Below are positions 6,829 through 16,300 of a stretch of DNA of 32,000 nt, in pieces (positions within the stretch are counted from its first letter, which is position 1; every line of letters begins with the position of its first letter). The DNA lies in contig JAHIUT010000032.1 in NCBI GenBank assembly GCA_018817085.1, forward strand, positions 1 through 32,000, given 5' to 3'. The DNA comes from Patescibacteria group bacterium (GTDB taxonomy: Bacteria; Patescibacteriota; WWE3; CG2-30-40-12). The notes under the pieces were generated by a model. The model was not told the origin of the DNA. It made no database searches and saw only the letters and a program-made list of their open reading frames with translations. The position numbers were made by a program, and so were the translations under genes.

Positions 6829-7926
6829 ATGGAAAAAATACGAATTAAAGGTAAAGATTATTCTCTTCCCATATATTTACCAGATGCTACAAGAGCGGTT
6901 GTAAAATCAGCGGACGCTTTGGATTTAAAGAATGCTCAAGTTGAAGGTGTGGTTGTGAACACTTATCACCTAATGACCAATCCGGGAGTTTCCGTCCTTA
7001 AAAAGTTTGGAGGCATAAAAAAGTTTATGGGTTTTGAAGGGTTGGTAACTTCGGATTCTGGCGGTTGGCAAATATTTTCTCTAATCCATAGAAGCAAAAG
7101 TTTGGGAACTATAACGGATAAAGGGGTAACTTTTACTCTTGGCGCTAAAAAGAAAACCTTGTTTTCACCCGAAAAATCCATTGAGGTTCAATTTGGAATT
7201 GGGTCTGATGTAATAATTTGTTTGGATGATTTTACCCCGCCCGACGCTTCCGTTTCTCAAATAAAGGAAAGTGTGGAACGAACTGTTTTGTGGGCGAAAA
7301 AAAGCAAAGAGCATTATCTGAAACTTATTGAAAAAAATGAAATGGATAAAAACTCCCGTCCCTTGCTTTTTTCGGTTATACAAGGAGGGTTAAATAAGGA
7401 TTTAAGAAAATATTGCGCAGAAAAGCTCTTGGAAATCGGGTTTGACGGATATGGGTTTGGGGGATATGTGGTAAATGAAGAGGATGAGTTGGACCTTGAT
7501 ATTTCCGATTATATTGCAAAACTAATTCCCAACAAATTTATAAAATTTGCTTTAGGCGTTGGCGCGCCTGTTGAAATTGTTAACTGTTTTGAAATGGGGT
7601 GGCAGATTTTTGATTGTACTTTACCCACAAGAGACGGCAGGCATAAAAGGTTATACAACTTTGCTTGGGAGCCAAAGAGTTTAGCCGATTTAAGAAACCC
7701 TAAAATTCATCAGTTTTTGTATATAAATAGGGAAATGTATAGAAGAGATACTCGTCCAATCGGTGAAAATTGCGATTGTTTTGTATGCCAAAACTTTTCC
7801 AGAGCTTATTTGCACCATCTTTTTAATATAAAGGATACCTTGGCTTATCGTTTAGCCACAATTCATAATCTAAGAACCTACACAAAGCTTATACAAGTCC
7901 TTCGCGATAATACTGTGGTTAGTTAG
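6829..7926 (+). CDS. tgt: tRNA-guanine transglycosylase (queuine tRNA-ribosyltransferase)
   Basis: All bacterial TGT blocks are present: TSDSGGWQIFSL, SPEKSIEVQFGIGSDVIICLDD, VIQGG, GFDGYGFGG, LGVG, IFDCTLPTR, the zinc motif CDCFVCQNFSRAYLHHL, and ATIHNL. Confidence 0.9.
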   Translation: MEKIRIKGKDYSLPIYLPDATRAVVKSADALDLKNAQVEGVVVNTYHLMTNPGVSVLKKFGGIKKFMGFEGLVTSDSGGWQIFSLIHRSKSLGTITDKGVTFTLGAKKKTLFSPEKSIEVQFGIGSDVIICLDDFTPPDASVSQIKESVERTVLWAKKSKEHYLKLIEKNEMDKNSRPLLFSVIQGGLNKDLRKYCAEKLLEIGFDGYGFGGYVVNEEDELDLDISDYIAKLIPNKFIKFALGVGAPVEIVNCFEMGWQIFDCTLPTRDGRHKRLYNFAWEPKSLADLRNPKIHQFLYINREMYRRDTRPIGENCDCFVCQNFSRAYLHHLFNIKDTLAYRLATIHNLRTYTKLIQVLRDNTVVS

Positions 7927-7942
7927 ATAGATTGGGGGTAGT

Positions 7943-7975
7943 TAGGGGTCTGCCCCTAAAAGGGTCAGACCCCTA
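7943..7975 (+). terminator. GC-rich stem-loop after tgt
   Basis: TAGGGGTCTG (7943-7952) pairs with CAGACCCCTA (7966-7975), with an inner CCCCT/AGGG pairing. It starts 17 nt after the tgt stop. The T-tract is poor. Confidence 0.5.
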
Positions 7976-8009
7976 TTGTGTCCGGCTAATGATTTGGTAT
8001 TATTAGAAT

Positions 8010-8207
8010 ATGAAAATAGTTTTGCGCAAAGAAAAATGTATAGGATGTGGAAGTTGCGTAAGCGTAGCTCCGGATATTTTTGAGTTAAAAGACGGGATTG
8101 TTAACCTAAAAAAGGAACCCGACTTAACCGACCCAAAAATTCTTGGGCAGGTAAAACTCGCCGCCTCTCTCTGCCCTACTAGTGTAATAGAAGTTGTGGA
8201 GGAGTGA
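8010..8207 (+). CDS. small single-cluster ferredoxin
   Basis: The 65-aa protein has CIGCGSC...CP cluster ligands (KCIGCGSCVSVAP...SLCPTSVI). The extended -10 element TGgTATTAT (7995-8003) lies 6 nt upstream of the ATG. Confidence 0.8.
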   Translation: MKIVLRKEKCIGCGSCVSVAPDIFELKDGIVNLKKEPDLTDPKILGQVKLAASLCPTSVIEVVEE

Positions 8208-8323
8208 GAATTGGTTGGAAACCTTACTTTTTCTACCCTTTAACCTATATTAAAGTATAGGGTTGAATAAATTATAATTGATAAAGTAAGCGCGGTTGTT
8301 ATTTGGGTTTTTAGATAAGAGTT

Positions 8324-9139
8324 ATGAGTCCATTACCAATATCAAGTAGTGTTCCTTTCTTTGAACATGAAAACATTTTAATTTACAACGACGATATTCT
8401 AAAAATCGGGTCTGTTCCAAATAATTCTGTGGATTTAATTATTACCTCCCCGCCTTATAATGTGGACATTCATTATAATTCTCATACTGACAATTTAACC
8501 TATGAAGATTATTTAGAATTTACTGAAAGATGGATTAAAAAAGTTTTTGATTTAGCGAAAAACGAAGGACGTTTTTTACTGAACATTCCACTTGATAAAA
8601 ATAAAGGGGGTCAGAAATCGGTTGGTGCAGATATTACAAAAATCGCAAAAGATATCGGTTGGAAATATCACTCAACAATCATTTGGAACGAAGGAAACAT
8701 ATCCCGCCGCACTGCTTGGGGCTCATTCATGTCCGCTTCCGCCCCTTATGTGATAGCGCCTGTGGAATTGATTTTGGTTTTGTATAAAGATAGCTGGAAA
8801 AAAACTGGCGGAAGTAGAAAAAATGACATCACAAAGCAAGAATTTATGGGGTGGACAAATGGTGTTTGGACATTTCCTGGTCAAAGCAAAAAAGGGGCGG
8901 GTGGCCACCCCGCGCCATTTCCAATTGAATTGCCAAGACGATGTATAAAGTTATTTAGTTTTATTGGGGATACGGTTTTAGATCCATTTTTGGGCAGTGG
9001 TTCAACGCTTATCGCTACCTATCTGCACAATAGAAAGGGAATTGGCGTTGATATTGATAAAGATTATTGTGATATAGCAATAAAACGTTTGCAACAAGAA
9101 GCAAAAATAAAACAATCAAGTTTGTTAACTTCAATATGA
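8324..9139 (+). CDS. Type II DNA methyltransferase, beta-class N4/N6 (N6_N4_Mtase family); the SPPY motif suggests m4C
   Basis: The catalytic motif IV (IITSPPYNVD) is near the N-terminus and the AdoMet motif I (VLDPFLGSGSTLIA) is near the C-terminus, which is the beta-class order. Confidence 0.9.
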   Translation: MSPLPISSSVPFFEHENILIYNDDILKIGSVPNNSVDLIITSPPYNVDIHYNSHTDNLTYEDYLEFTERWIKKVFDLAKNEGRFLLNIPLDKNKGGQKSVGADITKIAKDIGWKYHSTIIWNEGNISRRTAWGSFMSASAPYVIAPVELILVLYKDSWKKTGGSRKNDITKQEFMGWTNGVWTFPGQSKKGAGGHPAPFPIELPRRCIKLFSFIGDTVLDPFLGSGSTLIATYLHNRKGIGVDIDKDYCDIAIKRLQQEAKIKQSSLLTSI

Positions 9140-9723
9140 AGAAAAAGAATAAATCAATTAAAGATCTGCTTATTGAATATTTTAAGGCACACCCGAAAGA
9201 GGACATGTCGCATGGCCCAGTTGTTGATTGGGTAGAAACTAGATATAAACGACTTTATGATAAGAAACCAAGAGACACTTGGAGGTCAATTAGGAATTTA
9301 CACGAGATTGAATTTTTGGTAAAAGTTAAAAAGGGAATTTATCGTTATGATCCCGATGCGGTTAAACAAAGAGAGTTAGAAGATTTTACATCTGAGCAAA
9401 AAGAATATATTTTGAAGCGAGACGGGTATAAATGCGTTGTTTGTGGGCGTGGAATAAGAGAAGGTATAGAACTCCAAATTGACCATATTAAACCAAAATA
9501 TCTTGGTGGAAAATCTGTAATGGAGAATGGGCAAACTTTGTGCGCTCAACATAATTTTATAAAGAAAACTCTTAAACAGACGGAAACCGGGAAGAAAATG
9601 TTTATCCGTCTATACGAATTGGCAAAAAGTGAGGGTAACGAAAACTTAAAAAAGTTTTGCGCTGATGTATTAGAAACCTACGAAAAATATGGTATTAATG
9701 GACACATTGTTTGGGAAAGATAA
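9136..9723 (+). CDS. HNH-family restriction endonuclease (cognate of the adjacent methyltransferase)
   Basis: The HNH core is CVVCGRGIREGIELQIDHIKPKYLGGKSVMENGQTLCAQHN. The start codon overlaps the methyltransferase stop (ATGA at 9136-9139). Confidence 0.8.
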   Translation: MKKKNKSIKDLLIEYFKAHPKEDMSHGPVVDWVETRYKRLYDKKPRDTWRSIRNLHEIEFLVKVKKGIYRYDPDAVKQRELEDFTSEQKEYILKRDGYKCVVCGRGIREGIELQIDHIKPKYLGGKSVMENGQTLCAQHNFIKKTLKQTETGKKMFIRLYELAKSEGNENLKKFCADVLETYEKYGINGHIVWER

Positions 9724-9751
9724 ATACGAACAACAAAAAATATTTATCAAC

Positions 9752-9775
9752 AACCACCAGCTTATGCAGGTGGTT
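9752..9775 (+). terminator. stem-loop after the HNH gene
   Basis: AACCACC (9752-9758) pairs with GGTGGTT (9769-9775) around a 10-nt loop, 29 nt after the stop. The tail is weak. Confidence 0.35.
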
Positions 9776-9873
9776 TGCTGTAATTCCTTGCTGAGCAATC
9801 CCCACCGTGGGCAGGGGAAGATTCATCTACCATCTTACAAAGGTAGTTTTAAGTTAGGAATTATAAATAAACG

Positions 9874-9904
9874 AAGGAGTCTCCTTTTTCAAAGGAAACC
9901 CCTT
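9874..9904. repeat. hairpin repeat AAGGAGTCTCCTTTTTCAAAGGAAACCCCTT, copy 2
   Basis: It is 30/31 identical to 6742..6772 (the first 26 nt are identical). It is intergenic, between the HNH gene and fusA. Confidence 0.85.
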
Positions 9905-9932
9905 TAAAACCCCAAACCTTGTGGAATCCTTA

Positions 9933-9961
9933 TTGACACCATAGCGTTAAATTGGTAATTT
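9933..9961 (+). promoter_or_regulatory. fusA promoter: TTGACA-17-TGgTAATTT
   Basis: TTGACA (9933-9938) is followed by a 17-nt spacer ending in TGg and then TAATTT (9956-9961). The ATG at 9973 is 11 nt downstream. Confidence 0.5.
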
Positions 9962-9972
9962 TGCTATGCATT

Positions 9973-12060
9973 ATGCCTGAACTCATTAAAAAATATCCGC
10001 TTGAACGGATAAGAAATATTGGAATAATAGCGCACATTGACGCCGGTAAAACCACCACTACCGAGAGTGTTTTGTATTATACCGGTAAAACTCACAAAAT
10101 TGGCGAGATAGATTCCGGCGATACCCAAATGGACTGGATGGAACAAGAACGGGAACGAGGCATAACTATAACTTCCGCCGCCACCACTTGTTTTTGGAAA
10201 GACTATCGCGTAAATATTATAGATACCCCAGGGCATGTGGATTTTACCGCCGAGGTTGAAAGGTCTTTGCGGGTTTTGGACGGGGCGGTTGTGGTGTTTG
10301 ACGGGAAAATGGGGGTTGAATCCCAAAGCGAAACAGTTTGGAGGCAAGCGGATAAATACAAAGTACCGAGAATTTGTTTTATTAATAAAATTAACCAGAC
10401 CGGTGGAGATTTTTATAAAAGTTTTGAGTCTATAAAAGAAAGGCTTTCTCAAAACGCATACCTCCTTCAATTGCCTATTGGTTTTGAAAAAGAACTTAAA
10501 GGCGCTGTTGACCTTGTCTCAATGAAAGCTTATACCTACTCCGATTTGCGCGCGGACGATTTTGCCAAAGAGGATATTCCAAACGATATGCTTGAACAAG
10601 CCAAAAAATATAGGAATAAACTTGTTGAAAAAGTGGTTGAATATGACGATTCTGCTATGGAAAGATATTTGTCCGAAGGCGACACTTTTTCGCAGGAAGA
10701 ACTAACTAGTCTTATAAGAAAGGCGGTTATAGCGGGAGATTTTTTTGGAGTTATGGGTGGGGATGGTAGGGGTATTGCGGCAAGACTTGTTTTGGATGCG
10801 GTAATTAATTTTTTGCCTTCGCCTTTAGATGTTCCGCCTGTTAAGGGGATTAATCCTAAAACTAATGCCGAAGAACCTTGTCTTGTTGACGAAAAAGAAC
10901 CTTTTGCGGCGCTTGCTTTTAAAATTCAAACCGACCCTTATGTGGGCAGACTTACATATTTTAGGGTTTATTCCGGAAAATTAACGGCGGGAAGTTATGT
11001 TTTAAATAGCACCAAAGGCGAAAGGGAAAGAATAGGGAGAATTATGTTAATGCACGCAAACCATCGGGAGGAGCTTAAAGAGATTTCTGCGGGAGAGATT
11101 GGAGCGACAGGTGGACTTAAAAACACTTTTACCGGAGATACTTTGTGTTTTGAGGATAAGCCTATTATTCTTGAATCTATTAAATTTCCCGAGCCTGTTA
11201 TATCCGTTGCCATAGAACCGAAGACTAAAGCCGACCAAGAAAAGTTGGGTGTGGCGTTAAAAAAATTGGCGGAGGAAGACCCTACTTTTAAGATAAGAAC
11301 GAATGTGGATACGGGTCAAACATTAATAGCCGGTATGGGAGAACTGCATTTGGAAATATTGGTTGATAGAATGAAAAGGGAATTTAGCGTTGAGGCGAAT
11401 GTGGGCGCGCCTCAAGTTGCCTACAAAGAAACTATTAACGATATTGTTCGTCAAGAAGGAAAATATATTCACCAATCGGGGGGGCGGGGGCAATACGGAC
11501 ATGTTTATATTAGAATTGAACCTCTAAAGAAAGGAGAAGGTTTTATTTTTAAAGATGAAATTGTTGGAGGGTCAATACCAAAAGAGTATATTCCCGGTGT
11601 GGAAAAAGGTATCCGCGAAGCTTTAGAAAACGGTGTTTTGGCGGGACACCCTGTGGTTGATGTGTTGGCGGCTTTGTACGATGGGTCTTTTCACGAAGTA
11701 GACTCAAGCGAAATTGCGTTTAAGCTTGCCGCGAGGGAAGCTTTTAGGGAAGCTTGCAAAAAGGCTAAACCGTCTTTGCTTGAACCGATAATGAAAGTGG
11801 CGGTTACCACGCCCGAAGAATTTTTAGGGGAAGTTATAGGAGATTTATCTAGCCGTAGAGGCAAAATTGAAAGCACCGAAACTAAAAATAATGTCAAAAT
11901 AGTGTACGGGTCTGTTCCTTTGTCCACTATGTTTGGTTACTCTACAATTTTAAGGAGCTTAACGCAGGGCAGAGCGTCATTTACTATGGAACCCAGCCAC
12001 TACGAGGAAATCCCCGTTAATTTAATTGAAAATATCGCCAAAAGAGAGATAAAAAGATAA
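9973..12060 (+). CDS. fusA: translation elongation factor G
   Basis: It has [29 protein letters not shown] and the full domain II-V architecture. I chose the start at ATG 9973 ([15 protein letters not shown]). The track ORF begins at an upstream TTG. Confidence 0.95.
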   Translation: MPELIKKYPLERIRNIGIIAHIDAGKTTTTESVLYYTGKTHKIGEIDSGDTQMDWMEQERERGITITSAATTCFWKDYRVNIIDTPGHVDFTAEVERSLRVLDGAVVVFDGKMGVESQSETVWRQADKYKVPRICFINKINQTGGDFYKSFESIKERLSQNAYLLQLPIGFEKELKGAVDLVSMKAYTYSDLRADDFAKEDIPNDMLEQAKKYRNKLVEKVVEYDDSAMERYLSEGDTFSQEELTSLIRKAVIAGDFFGVMGGDGRGIAARLVLDAVINFLPSPLDVPPVKGINPKTNAEEPCLVDEKEPFAALAFKIQTDPYVGRLTYFRVYSGKLTAGSYVLNSTKGERERIGRIMLMHANHREELKEISAGEIGATGGLKNTFTGDTLCFEDKPIILESIKFPEPVISVAIEPKTKADQEKLGVALKKLAEEDPTFKIRTNVDTGQTLIAGMGELHLEILVDRMKREFSVEANVGAPQVAYKETINDIVRQEGKYIHQSGGRGQYGHVYIRIEPLKKGEGFIFKDEIVGGSIPKEYIPGVEKGIREALENGVLAGHPVVDVLAALYDGSFHEVDSSEIAFKLAAREAFREACKKAKPSLLEPIMKVAVTTPEEFLGEVIGDLSSRRGKIESTETKNNVKIVYGSVPLSTMFGYSTILRSLTQGRASFTMEPSHYEEIPVNLIENIAKREIKR

Positions 12061-12137
12061 AGGAATGAAGGGGTACCCTACTATTTGAATAACACCTTTT
12101 AGAAGTCTGACCCGCCCAGAGCGGGGGAACCCCTTAA

Positions 12138-12176
12138 GATTGCTTCGTCGTCATTCCATTCCTCCTCGCAATGACG
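12138..12176. repeat. GTCATT...AATC-family hairpin repeat (reverse orientation)
   Basis: GATTGCTTCGTCGTCATTCCATTCCTCCTCGCAATGACG has the same termini (GATTGCTT... ...CTCGCAATGACG) as the copies at 16496..16538 and 18172..18223. Confidence 0.8.
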
Positions 12177-12186
12177 ATAGAAAAAG

Positions 12187-12195
12187 TGGTAAAGT
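12187..12195 (+). promoter_or_regulatory. extended -10 element TGgTAAAGT for hisS, 6 nt from the ATG
   Basis: TGGTAAAGT lies at 12187-12195 and the ATG at 12202. The intervening GGAGGT is too close to the ATG (1 nt) to act as a normal SD. Confidence 0.4.
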
Positions 12196-12201
12196 GGAGG
12201 T

Positions 12202-13413
12202 ATGCAAAAGAATAAAATACAAACATTAAAGGGGTTTAGGGACTTTTTGCCCGAAAACGCATTAAAACGAGAATGGTTAAAGAACAAAATATCCGCCACA
12301 TTTCAAAAATGGGGCTATGACCCTATTGAAACCCCAACCTTGGAACCTTTAGAACTTTTTGAAAACCAAATAGGCGAGGATGAAAAACTATTTTACAAAT
12401 TTAAAGACCAAGGAAAAAGAGAGGTGGCTTTAAGATACGACCAAACTGTTCCCGCTTGCAGACTAGTGGGACAATATTCCCAAACACTTCCTATGCCATT
12501 TAAAAGATACCAAATTCAGCCCGCCTTTAGAGCCGAAAAACCTCAAAAGGGGCGGTACCGCGAATTTTTGCAATGCGACGCGGATATTTTTGGCGTAAAA
12601 TCGCCAATTGCCGATGCCGAAGTTATCGCTCTGTCTTTAGATGTCTACAAAGATTTAGGGTTTTCAAACGCAAAGGTCTTAATTAATGACCGCGCACTTT
12701 TAAAAGATATTCCCTATAAAGCTCTTGTTTCTTTGGATAAACTAAACAAAATAGGTAAAGACGCTGTTTCTGCCGAGCTTATCAAAAAAGGGTTTGGAGA
12801 AAATTCCAAAAAATATTTGGACTATATTGCCAATATAAAACCAAATGAGACTATAAAAACCATTCTAAATTATTTAGACGCGTACGGATTTAACAAAAAA
12901 CAATTCGCTTTTGACCCAACCATAATCCGCTCCTTTTCTTACTCCACAGGACCCATCTGGGAAGTAGTGATACCAGAATTTTTAGCGGGTTCGGTTCTTG
13001 GCGGAGAAAGATACGATAAATTAGCCAAAAATATATCCGGAACGGACATACCCGGCACCGGCTTTGCACTTGGGTTTGATAGAACCCTAGAAGCTATGGA
13101 ACAGTTTGGACTTATACCCAACATTAAAACTTCCACTAGAGTCTTGGTTACAGTATTCTCGGAGGATTTTTTTGAAACTTCCCTTAAAACGGCAAAATAT
13201 TTGCGGGACAATTTAATAAATGTGGAATTATACCCTTATGAAAACACTAGGCTGGACAAACAGCTTAAATACGCGGATAAAAAGAAAATTCCTTACGCAA
13301 TAATAATAGGACCAAACGAGGCGGAAAAAAACTTGGTTACTATAAAAAACTTAACCACCAAAGAGCAAAAAACCGACACTATAGAAAATATACTTACGCA
13401 AATTTCCCAATAA
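12202..13413 (+). CDS. hisS: histidine--tRNA ligase
   Basis: It has LKGFRDFLP, the class II motifs RYDQTVPACR and FKRYQIQPAFRAEKPQKGRYREFLQCDADIFG, GFALGFDR, and a C-terminal anticodon-binding domain. Confidence 0.95.
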   Translation: MQKNKIQTLKGFRDFLPENALKREWLKNKISATFQKWGYDPIETPTLEPLELFENQIGEDEKLFYKFKDQGKREVALRYDQTVPACRLVGQYSQTLPMPFKRYQIQPAFRAEKPQKGRYREFLQCDADIFGVKSPIADAEVIALSLDVYKDLGFSNAKVLINDRALLKDIPYKALVSLDKLNKIGKDAVSAELIKKGFGENSKKYLDYIANIKPNETIKTILNYLDAYGFNKKQFAFDPTIIRSFSYSTGPIWEVVIPEFLAGSVLGGERYDKLAKNISGTDIPGTGFALGFDRTLEAMEQFGLIPNIKTSTRVLVTVFSEDFFETSLKTAKYLRDNLINVELYPYENTRLDKQLKYADKKKIPYAIIIGPNEAEKNLVTIKNLTTKEQKTDTIENILTQISQ

Positions 13414-13441
13414 AATTTTTTAGTAAGGACAAAAACCACAA

Positions 13442-13472
13442 AAAGTCCCCCCGCCGTAGGCGGAGGGACTTT
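13442..13472. terminator. bidirectional rho-independent terminator between convergent hisS and hup
   Basis: AAAGTCCC-CCGCC pairs with GGCGG-GGGACTTT around a 3-nt loop. It is followed by TTTTTGTGGTTTTTG on the minus strand and TCATTCTTT on the plus strand. Confidence 0.7.
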
Positions 13473-13481
13473 CATTCTTTA

Positions 13482-13521
13482 GAGAAAAGAACTAGCGCCA
13501 TTTATATGGCTTTCTTTTCTC
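13482..13521 (-). terminator. long AT-rich stem-loop overlapping the hup stop codon
   Basis: GAGAAAAGAA (13482-13491) pairs with TTCTTTTCTC (13512-13521), with an inner GCCA/TGGC pairing. Confidence 0.35.
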
Positions 13522-13792
13522 ACCTCACAGCATCTTTTAGCGCTTTACCCGCCTTAAAAGCTGGAGTTTTGGTAGCGGCGATGTGAAGAGGAGCCCCTGT
13601 TTGGGGGTTTCTTCCCATTCTTGCCGCTCTGCGACGAACTTCAAAAGTGCCGAATCCAGTTAATACAACCTTTTCACCTTTTGCAAGAGCTTTGGTAACA
13701 CTCTCAACAACTGCATCCACGGACCTTCCCGCGGCGGCTTTGGTTGTTCCAGAAACTTCGGCAACCATATCTACTAATTGTGTCTTTGTCAT
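13520..13792 (-). CDS. hup: HU family DNA-binding protein
   Basis: The 90-aa protein has [44 protein letters not shown], the canonical HU arm. Confidence 0.95.
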   Translation of the reverse strand: MTKTQLVDMVAEVSGTTKAAAGRSVDAVVESVTKALAKGEKVVLTGFGTFEVRRRAARMGRNPQTGAPLHIAATKTPAFKAGKALKDAVR

Positions 13793-13795
13793 TTA

Positions 13796-14602
13796 TTATT
13801 CACCCCCTTCCAAGATCCTATCTTTTCTTTCAATATTCCTCACCTTGCCGGTTTTTTCGTGGTAATCCACAATCACACTATTAAAAATCGCGGGTCCCTC
13901 ATCCATCCAAACAAATTTTTTCTGCAAAGACGAAACAAAATTATTAAGTATTATTTCTTTTTGTACTCCCAAAACCGAATCAAGCGCCCCGACCATACCT
14001 AAATCACTAACAAACGCCGTTCCCCCGGGCATAATTCTGTTATCCGCGGTGGGTATATGCGTATGCGTACCCACAAGAACGGACACTCTGCCATCCAAAT
14101 AATACGCCATAGCCACCTTCTCGCTTGTCGCTTCGGCATGAAAATCCACAAAAATTCCGTTTAATTTTTCTTTCTCAAGTTTAGCCAAAACCATATCCAT
14201 CGCCTTAAACGGACATTCACTATTTCTATTTGTTTCTATAAAAGTGCGTCCCAGCAAACTAACAATGCCAAATCTGCCCAGTTTTCCTAGGTCTAAAATA
14301 CCATATTCGTTTCCGGGAGAATCGGCTGTAAAATTTGCGGGTTTAATAATAAACGGTAGATTGTTAATTTCATTTTCAAATCCCTTTATACCAAAAATAT
14401 GGTCTCCGCTTGTAAAAAAGTCCACGCCACAATTGAGCAGTTCTCTTAAAGTGGCTGTTGTAACGCCCCTTCCGCCAGCGATATTATCACTATTGGCAAT
14501 GCACAGGCTGATATTATCACCTTTTTTTATGGTTGGCAATAGATTTGCTATAGTACGGCGACCTAAACTGCCAACTATATCTCCAATAAAAAGTATTTTC
14601 AT
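13796..14602 (-). CDS. ymdB: YmdB-family metallophosphoesterase (2',3'-cyclic-nucleotide 2'-phosphodiesterase)
   Basis: It has MKILFIGDIVG, NSDNIAGGRG, GDH, HAEATSEK and GTHTHIPTAD. It lies immediately downstream of rny, as in Bacillus. Confidence 0.85.
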   Translation of the reverse strand: MKILFIGDIVGSLGRRTIANLLPTIKKGDNISLCIANSDNIAGGRGVTTATLRELLNCGVDFFTSGDHIFGIKGFENEINNLPFIIKPANFTADSPGNEYGILDLGKLGRFGIVSLLGRTFIETNRNSECPFKAMDMVLAKLEKEKLNGIFVDFHAEATSEKVAMAYYLDGRVSVLVGTHTHIPTADNRIMPGGTAFVSDLGMVGALDSVLGVQKEIILNNFVSSLQKKFVWMDEGPAIFNSVIVDYHEKTGKVRNIERKDRILEGGE

Positions 14603-14603
14603 C

Positions 14604-16082
14604 TTATTTTGCTATTTCCGAAACCCGCAAATCCCTAATTACCAAAACTTTAACCGTGCCGGGATAGGTTTGCTCCTTCTCAATTTTTTCGGCAATGTCG
14701 TGCGCCAACTTTACCGCTTTTTCATCTGAAACCTCTTCCGGTTTAACTATAACTCTAAGCTCTCTGCCCGCCGAAACGGCAAAAGCTTTTCCCACCCCCT
14801 TAAAACCAAGCGCCGCCTCTTCCAAATCTTTCATTCTTTTTACATAGTCGCCCAAATCAACATATCTCGCGCCAGGTCTCGCTCCAGAAATACTGTCGGC
14901 AACTTGCACAATAATTCCCTCCATATTGCTTGGTTTATCCGTATGATGCTCCGCTACCGCTTTAACTATATTATCAGGAAACTGATACTTTTTAAGAAGT
15001 TTTTCGGCAAGCTCCAAATGGCTACCTTCCTCGTCCGTTAATACCTTTCCAATATCGTGGAGTAAACACGCCACTTTTACAGGATACACATTTACACCTA
15101 GCTCTTTAGCTATTTTTACTCCCATTTGAGTTTCTTCCATAGTATGTTCAATCATATTTTGACCGTAAGAGTATCTATATTTGTATCTTCCCAAGAGAGC
15201 TATTATTTCTTTAGGAAGATTATAAATACCAAATCGCGAGGCTAAATTTTCGCCTTCTTTATACATAATTCGTTCTAACTCGGTTTTAGTTTTTTCAACC
15301 ACTTCCTCTATTCTCGCAGGTTGTATTCTCCCATCCGCAAGCAGTCGTTCAAGAGAGATTTTTGCCACTTCCCGTCTTACTGGGTCGTAGCAGGAAATTC
15401 GCACTTCGTTTGGAGTGTCGTCGTCCATATCAAGAGTAACCCCGGTAACCTCTTCAAACGCTCTTATATTTCTGCCCTCTTTTCCTATTATTCGCCCTTT
15501 CATATCGGATTCCGCCAATTTTATTTTTGAAATGGTGTATTCCACTACATAATCGGTAGAAGCTGTATGCATTGCGTCTAAAATAATATCTTTGGCAATT
15601 TCATCCGATTGCTTTTTTATTTTCTCCTCCGCCTCCCGCACCTTTTTGCCAATCTCGTCGGCAAGTTTATTTTCCACCGCTTCTAGAACTATTTTTTTAG
15701 CTTCTTCTCTTGTAAACCCAGATACTTTTTCAAGCCTATCCACTTGCTTGGCGCGGATTTCGTCTATTTCTTCCGTCTTTTTTTTATTAAAAGCTATGGA
15801 CTCTTCCAAACCTTTTTCTTTTTCCCCAAGATCCGCTTCCTTTTGCTCTACACGATTAGACCGCTGTTCCACCGTTTTTTCCATATCGCTTAAATTTAAT
15901 CGAATTTTCCTAACCTCGTCTTCCGCTGATTTTTTAATTTTTAAGGCGTCTTCTTTTGCGGAGATTATAATTTCTTTAGCTTCTGTTTTGGCGGCAAGGA
16001 GAGGATCTTCTTTCTTTTTATCAAAAGATTTATCTTTTCTGCCAAGAAAAATGCTTGAGAGGGTAGCAAAAATGTTACTCAT
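14604..16082 (-). CDS. rny: ribonuclease Y
   Basis: It has an N-terminal anchor and coiled coil, a KH domain (GRIIGKEGRNIRAFEEVTGV) and an HD domain (LLHDIGK ... HH). Confidence 0.95.
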   Translation of the reverse strand: MSNIFATLSSIFLGRKDKSFDKKKEDPLLAAKTEAKEIIISAKEDALKIKKSAEDEVRKIRLNLSDMEKTVEQRSNRVEQKEADLGEKEKGLEESIAFNKKKTEEIDEIRAKQVDRLEKVSGFTREEAKKIVLEAVENKLADEIGKKVREAEEKIKKQSDEIAKDIILDAMHTASTDYVVEYTISKIKLAESDMKGRIIGKEGRNIRAFEEVTGVTLDMDDDTPNEVRISCYDPVRREVAKISLERLLADGRIQPARIEEVVEKTKTELERIMYKEGENLASRFGIYNLPKEIIALLGRYKYRYSYGQNMIEHTMEETQMGVKIAKELGVNVYPVKVACLLHDIGKVLTDEEGSHLELAEKLLKKYQFPDNIVKAVAEHHTDKPSNMEGIIVQVADSISGARPGARYVDLGDYVKRMKDLEEAALGFKGVGKAFAVSAGRELRVIVKPEEVSDEKAVKLAHDIAEKIEKEQTYPGTVKVLVIRDLRVSEIAK

Positions 16083-16300
16083 AAGAAATAAAAGCGTTAA
16101 AAGGAATAAAGGAAATTAGAAACGCGACAACCGCTTCGTAAAGGTAACTTTTTTAATTAAAGACCTTAATTTCCGCATTTTCCTTAAAACCACAAAAAAC
16201 TAAATGTTATGGTGATATTAAAGGTTTTGGGGTAAATAGTCAAATGAATGCGCTGGACACCTATAGAGAAACTTGTAACTACTCATGGTTATTGACACAC

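Noticed and set aside
6829-9723. tgt as a DpdA-like DNA-modifying transglycosylase working with the neighbouring R-M genes (a 7-deazaguanine DNA-modification system).
   Set aside because: The protein aligns block for block with canonical bacterial tRNA-guanine transglycosylase (DSGG, GSD..DD, QGG, GYGFGG, FDC.LPTR, CDC..C...SRAYLHHL). It has its own promoter and terminator hairpin and is separated from the R-M pair by a ferredoxin gene. No other dpd or preQ0 synthesis genes are present.
6742-9904. The block between the two identical hairpin repeats as a composite transposon or genomic island.
   Set aside because: There is no transposase, integrase or recognisable target-site duplication. The repeats are direct rather than inverted, and the block includes housekeeping tgt. 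I kept only the observation that the repeats exist and bracket the R-M genes.
9724-9951. The 228-nt hairpin-rich spacer between the HNH gene and fusA as a structured ncRNA or riboswitch.
   Set aside because: It contains several short independent hairpins (9752-9775, 9826-9845, 9874-9904) and the fusA promoter, but no architecture I can match to a known RNA family. The fusA promoter lies at its 3' end, so the spacer would not be part of the fusA leader.
12196-12201. GGAGGT before hisS as a Shine-Dalgarno sequence.
   Set aside because: It ends 1 nt before the ATG, which is too close for SD function, and it lies immediately downstream of an extended -10 element. It more likely sits at the transcript 5' end.
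15592-16119. Long antisense ORFs inside well-supported genes. Examples: 15592..16119 in rny; 9964..10470 in fusA; 23948..24409 in sufB/sufD; 27517..27948 and 28051..28440 in the antiporter; 17492..17824 in recA; 443..889 in the acyl-CoA synthetase; 14244..14729 in ymdB/rny; 21683..22168 in the reductase.
   Set aside because: They are shadow frames opposite genes with strong family signatures. They are low-complexity or compositionally odd and show no motifs or start context.
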